Source: Candidatus Hermodarchaeota archaeon (GTDB lineage: Archaea > Asgardarchaeota > Heimdallarchaeia > Hodarchaeales > Hodarchaeaceae). Taken from it: 32,000 bases of DNA. This document shows, one piece after another, positions 27,920 through 32,000 of this stretch (position 1 is the first letter of the stretch; each line of letters opens with the position of its first letter). Under the pieces are notes generated by a model, which saw nothing but the letters and a program-made list of their open reading frames with translations, had not been told where the DNA came from and made no database searches. The stretch is taken from positions 225,553-257,552 of the forward strand of contig JBHLKY010000003.1 of assembly GCA_048886185.1 (NCBI GenBank), given 5' to 3'. The position numbers and the translations under genes were made by a program.

Positions 27920-27974
27920 TAAAAAAAATATATAATATAAATATAAATATATATAAATATATTTATTTTTTTTA
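27920..27974. repeat. Pure-AT low-complexity tract bounded by an 11-bp inverted repeat
   Basis: taaaaaaaata ... tatttttttta flanking ataaat/tata units. Confidence 0.7.
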
Positions 27975-28029
27975 AATGAAATTTTAGACTCATTATTACG
28001 TTTCGACCAATGAAGGAAATAGTGAACTC

Positions 28030-30237
28030 ATGAAAAAACATAAGTATCTAGTAGTAATTCTACTCATCTTACTGACAAGCATCACTGGAATATTCTTTTC
28101 TAGTGGAATTAATGACAGTATTACGGAAAATAATCTCATATCATCAATGATAGATTATACAACGAACTTTGCTAACTTAACTGGCTATGGTCAGCAAGTG
28201 TGGGATCTAGCTTTTTCTCCCGATGATTCAATGATAGCTTCTAGTAGTGGTGATGGCAGTGTTCGTGTGTGGAATGTAATCAATGGCCAAACTATTCACT
28301 TACTCCAAGGGCATTACTTTAATGCTTATTCTCTAGATTTCTCTTTAGATGGGTCAATCTTAGCCTCAGCTGGGTGGAATGATCAAAAGATCAATTTTTG
28401 GAATGTTACTTCTGGCAACCTTATAGACTCGTGGCATGAGGCCTTTCGGGGATGGCAAATAGCCTTTTCACCGATAGAAAAGGACTTACTCGCATACCCT
28501 TATAGGAATACTACCATTTTAAGAAATGTGACTGATGGAACACTTATCCATAACTTGACAGGGCATACCGACATAGTGTGGAGTGTTGATTTTTCATCCG
28601 ACGGATTATTACTTGCAACGTGCTCTGGAGATAAATCCATTAAAATTTGGGATGTGGCGACTGGCCTTGAGATACGTACCCTTACAGGCCATGAAGATCA
28701 TGTCCAAACTGTCTCTTTTTCAGCCAATAACTCGATTCTTGCCTCTGGAGGTTCTGATGAAACCGTTAAACTTTGGGACGTTGACACAGGTGCTCTTCTT
28801 CAGACTCATGATGTTGGTTACCATGTTTTTACAGTTGATTTCTCACCCCTTGACCCTGATATTTTAGTTTCAGGAGGTGGTGTGCCCTCAGATCCAATAC
28901 AACCTACACCTGTTCAACTCTGGAATCTTACTACTGGAAACGTACAAGACCTGACTGGGCATATGAATACTGTTGTAGGGACGGCATTTTCCCATGATGG
29001 GACAATAATTGCTTCGTGTGGAGTTGACCGAACCATCAAACTCTGGGGGGATTATCCCCCTTATGAATATCCCTCCGTTACGGGCATTGACTGGCCTACA
29101 TCCACGCCTGAGGAGCAAGGCCTAGATTCCACGGTTTTGGAGGGAATTCAAGGATTTGGAGGGAATGATATCGAGGGTCTTGACAGCTTGTTAGTAATTC
29201 GGCATAGCCACTTGGTCTTTGAGGAATACTACACAGGCGAAGGATACCAATATACTCCAGAATCCAGGCATATTCTGTACTCTGTAACAAAGAGTTTTAC
29301 TTCTGCTCTCATTGGAATCGCCATTGAAGAAGGATTTATTCAGGACGTGCATCAAAAAGTCTTAGATTTTTTCCCTGATATGACATTTAATAACACTGAT
29401 TCCCGAAAGGAGGCCATGACTCTTGAACACCTCCTCACGATGACCACAGGTCTAGAGTGGAACGATGAACCCGAGCATATTCTAATGACGAGGACCAATG
29501 ATACGCTCCAGTATATTTTGGATAAACCTATGGTGAGCGACCCAGGCACAGCCTATAACTACAACACTGGGGCTTCACATGTCCTCTCTGCGATTCTTCA
29601 ACAAACAACGGGCTATACTAAAACCCTTGATTTTGCCATTGAATACCTCTTTGAACCGTTAGGGATTGAAGAGCCCGATATTATTTGGCAGACGGATATT
29701 CATGGCCGCAGCCACGGTGGAAATCAACTCTACCTCACTCCCCGCGGGATGGCACGATTTGGGCAGCTTTACTTGAATAATGGTTCATGGAATAATAAGC
29801 AAATTGTACCGGCTGACTGGGTTAACACCTCAACGAGTACTCATGTGGCGCCTGAAAACGCGTTGTTACCTGGGGCTGCTGGATATGGCTACCAGTGGTG
29901 GACCTATGAAGATGCTGTCAAATCCGTCGCAGGGTACACAGCCAGTGGGTACGATGGGCAGATTATCTACGTTATGCCCCGTGAAGATATTGTGGTTGTG
30001 ACCACTTCTCATCAGTGGCGTGATCCTCATATTATCCCCAAATTTGTTGCAAGTGCCATTATTCCTGAGGAGACTTCAGCAACAAGAATGACCTCTATGT
30101 CTACCTCCAATACCACCAGTACCATGACTAGCGAAACGACAACTACCACCAGCGGAACACCTAGCACACCCCTCTTTCTAGTGATTACCAGTCTGATTCT
30201 GGGTGTGGTGCTTTTTAGAAGAAGTAAAGGGTATTAA
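28030..30237 (+). CDS. Secreted WD40 beta-propeller fused to a class C beta-lactamase-like serine hydrolase, C-terminally anchored
   Basis: About 7 WD40 units (GH..V.SV.FS.DG..LA..S.D..IK.WD); WPTSTPEEQG, S-V-T-K (SxxK), YNYNT, GYGYQWW, ASGYDGQ; T-rich linker, TM segment and RRSK. Confidence 0.92.
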   Translation: MKKHKYLVVILLILLTSITGIFFSSGINDSITENNLISSMIDYTTNFANLTGYGQQVWDLAFSPDDSMIASSSGDGSVRVWNVINGQTIHLLQGHYFNAYSLDFSLDGSILASAGWNDQKINFWNVTSGNLIDSWHEAFRGWQIAFSPIEKDLLAYPYRNTTILRNVTDGTLIHNLTGHTDIVWSVDFSSDGLLLATCSGDKSIKIWDVATGLEIRTLTGHEDHVQTVSFSANNSILASGGSDETVKLWDVDTGALLQTHDVGYHVFTVDFSPLDPDILVSGGGVPSDPIQPTPVQLWNLTTGNVQDLTGHMNTVVGTAFSHDGTIIASCGVDRTIKLWGDYPPYEYPSVTGIDWPTSTPEEQGLDSTVLEGIQGFGGNDIEGLDSLLVIRHSHLVFEEYYTGEGYQYTPESRHILYSVTKSFTSALIGIAIEEGFIQDVHQKVLDFFPDMTFNNTDSRKEAMTLEHLLTMTTGLEWNDEPEHILMTRTNDTLQYILDKPMVSDPGTAYNYNTGASHVLSAILQQTTGYTKTLDFAIEYLFEPLGIEEPDIIWQTDIHGRSHGGNQLYLTPRGMARFGQLYLNNGSWNNKQIVPADWVNTSTSTHVAPENALLPGAAGYGYQWWTYEDAVKSVAGYTASGYDGQIIYVMPREDIVVVTTSHQWRDPHIIPKFVASAIIPEETSATRMTSMSTSNTTSTMTSETTTTTSGTPSTPLFLVITSLILGVVLFRRSKGY

Positions 30238-30592
30238 ACTCCCCCTTTTCCTTTTCTCATTCATTATAGAGAATTATTTCACTAGATTTTTTATCTTTTT
30301 TAGTAAAAACTCTAAATCATTGTTCAATCCAACTTAAAAATTTCTTGATAAATTGGGTCACTACGAGGTTTATAGGGAGATATTAGTTGAAATTCTAGCA
30401 GAGTGATTCTCTCCAGCTCGCACTTATGCATTTATCTTAAATTATTAATATTGAGGTCTGATTCATAAATGACTACTTAGGGGTAATTCCTTTATGTAGT
30501 GATTGAATCAATTAGTTTTTAGGTAAGCATTCTTTTTTGTTGTCACAATACAGAGAGAGCGAAGTGACTTCAACGATTTATATCCTATATGA

Positions 30593-30972
30593 GGTTCAAG
30601 TTTGTTTGATAGAGATATCCGTGTAACAGTGTTAGGAAATACGGGCGTGGGCAAAACCACATTAATTGACCGCTTGAAAGGTTCAGATGTTCATAAAATT
30701 GTCAGTAAAAAGACCCTTGAGATTAATATCGAAGAAAAAAAATTAAATTAAAAAGATCTGAGCCTCACCCTTGGTATTCACCTGAAAAACATCGTAGGTA
30801 TCGCATAATTGCGATAGACAACCCAGGTGGCTTTAAGCTCTGTCATAAGTGGCGCGAGGTTATGCGAAAAAATAAAACTAGTGTATATAGTAAAATATCA
30901 ATACTGTACAAATACTCTACGAATTTCTCATATCGACTTATCGTTTTTCTTTTTAGGAATTTCGAATATTAA
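30593..30972 (+). pseudogene. Frameshifted and truncated small GTPase (absent from the ORF track)
   Basis: RVTVLGNTGVGKTTLIDRL (P-loop, 30635-30661) in one frame and YRIIAIDNPG (G3-like, 30817) in another; the switch falls at the A8 run 30735-30742. Confidence 0.7.
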
Positions 30973-31003
30973 TGCATCCTTAGGTATTATTGGAGATTGT
31001 TAA

Positions 31004-31831
31004 ATGTCCTCACATATAAAATCAACAGATATTCTTGGAGATTACTCTCTCAAAGATTTTCCTCTCAACCGACAGATTCTTAGTGAGATATATGATGAAT
31101 TTTTAAAGAAGCATTATTCCATAGGTTACATTGAAGTTCCTGTTTCTAAAGGTAAAGAATTGATAAAAAAGTTTTCAGAGAAGACAGGGGAAAAAATTTC
31201 TTTCACAGCATGGATTGTTAAATGTATCAGTGACGCTCTCATTCAATTTCCAGAGTTTAATTCATATCGTAAGGGGAGAAAAGAGCTGGTAACGTTTAAT
31301 GACATTGATATAATTGTTATGGTGGAAAGACAGTTACCAAACAAAGTTATTCCCATTCCTTATTCTATTCGGAAAACCACGACGAAAGACTTACTATCTA
31401 TTTCTAGGGAAATTCGGACTGCACAAAGTATGGTAGTAACAGAGGAAAATCAGCTGCTTGATCCTGGAGTCCTTAAAAGATTTTATCCATACATTCCAGC
31501 ATTTATTCGTCATCGTCTGATAAGACGGATTATTAAAGATCCTTTTTATATTAAGAAACAAGGAGGATTAATTGTGGTTACCTCTGTTGGTATGTTTACT
31601 AATACTCGTGGGTGGGTAGGTGGATTTGGGGGGATAACTACCCTCAATTTCGCAATTGGTGGAATCACCCAAAAACTCGTTAAATCTGGTGATTCTATAA
31701 AAGAAGAGCAATGTTTGCAGATAACAATCTCTCTTGACCATGATATTATTGATGGGGGTCCTGCTGCTCGTTTTTCAGCTTATTTAGTTGATTTAATTGA
31801 AAGTGCTAGTGGTCTATCGGAATTGATCTAG
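31004..31831 (+). CDS. 2-oxoacid dehydrogenase acyltransferase catalytic-domain (CAT-like) protein
   Basis: KISFTAWIVKC, VTSVGMF, ITISLDHDIIDGGPAARF; no lipoyl domain. Confidence 0.9.
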   Translation: MSSHIKSTDILGDYSLKDFPLNRQILSEIYDEFLKKHYSIGYIEVPVSKGKELIKKFSEKTGEKISFTAWIVKCISDALIQFPEFNSYRKGRKELVTFNDIDIIVMVERQLPNKVIPIPYSIRKTTTKDLLSISREIRTAQSMVVTEENQLLDPGVLKRFYPYIPAFIRHRLIRRIIKDPFYIKKQGGLIVVTSVGMFTNTRGWVGGFGGITTLNFAIGGITQKLVKSGDSIKEEQCLQITISLDHDIIDGGPAARFSAYLVDLIESASGLSELI

Positions 31832-31859
31832 TGATAAAACTCGCGATAAACAACAAAAC

Positions 31860-31992
31860 AACATAATACACAAGCACAATACGATTTTTATTACCCTCAC
31901 ACTTCATACCTTTAATTGAAAGTGAATGGAATATCTAAAATATCAGAGCAATCATCATAAAAATTCTCGATTGATGTGAAACTTTAACTTAC
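31860..31992 (-). pseudogene. Remnant: first ~13 codons plus upstream region of a second copy of the 23047-24228 gene, joined to sequence matching 24881-24922
   Basis: MRVIKIVLCLCIM then a stop within ~15 codons; ctcgattgatgtgaaactttaacttact shared with 24895-24922. Confidence 0.8.
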
Positions 31993-32000
31993 TGGTCTTT

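Noticed and set aside
27574-28041. Minus-strand ORFs 27574-27765 and 27784-28041
   Set aside because: They run through the deleted TA remnant, a repeat copy and the AT tract; not credible proteins.
1711-30001. Short ORF-track entries overlapping larger genes (e.g. 1711, 3665, 4679, 5492, 5607, 8089, 8130, 8537, 8631, 9704, 10467, 12320, 12778, 14655, 17584, 17765, 19954, 21549, 21748, 23482, 23661, 23914, 25186, 25274, 25477, 25992, 26860, 28583, 28888, 29096, 29352, 29780)
   Set aside because: Shadow or alternative-frame ORFs of well-supported genes with no recognisable motifs.

Overview
AT-rich archaeal-type accessory region, probably from an Asgard (Heimdallarchaeia-like) archaeon. That assignment is inferred from Rab-like GTPase genes, winged-HTH membrane regulators and many surface proteins ending in S/T-linker + TM helix + basic tail. 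About 27 intact CDS and at least 5 pseudogenes or fragments are present; no rRNA, tRNA, CRISPR array, integrase or transposase was recognised. The main unexplained structure is a ~100-120 bp intergenic repeat (by-eye consensus AAAAGCGTACAGAGATTAGACCGAAAGCGCTCTCAGAGAAGCT[AAC/CCT]GACTCCTGAAGCCACCTGACGATAGGTTCGCTTAATTTCCAC[ACGG/AATTTTTAAGAAAA]TTAGCCC). It occurs as 14 full or partial copies between 1.5 and 27.85 kb, all in the same orientation. The copies separate unrelated single-gene or small-operon modules (three vapBC pairs, secreted or anchored hydrolases, a degenerate Rab-like protein, a flavin reductase, a SnoaL-like protein). Its core has an attC-like nested palindrome, and one module is duplicated elsewhere with both homology breakpoints inside the repeat. 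This suggests an integron-like or novel repeat-delimited gene-cassette array; the recombinase is not in the window and the mechanism is inference.
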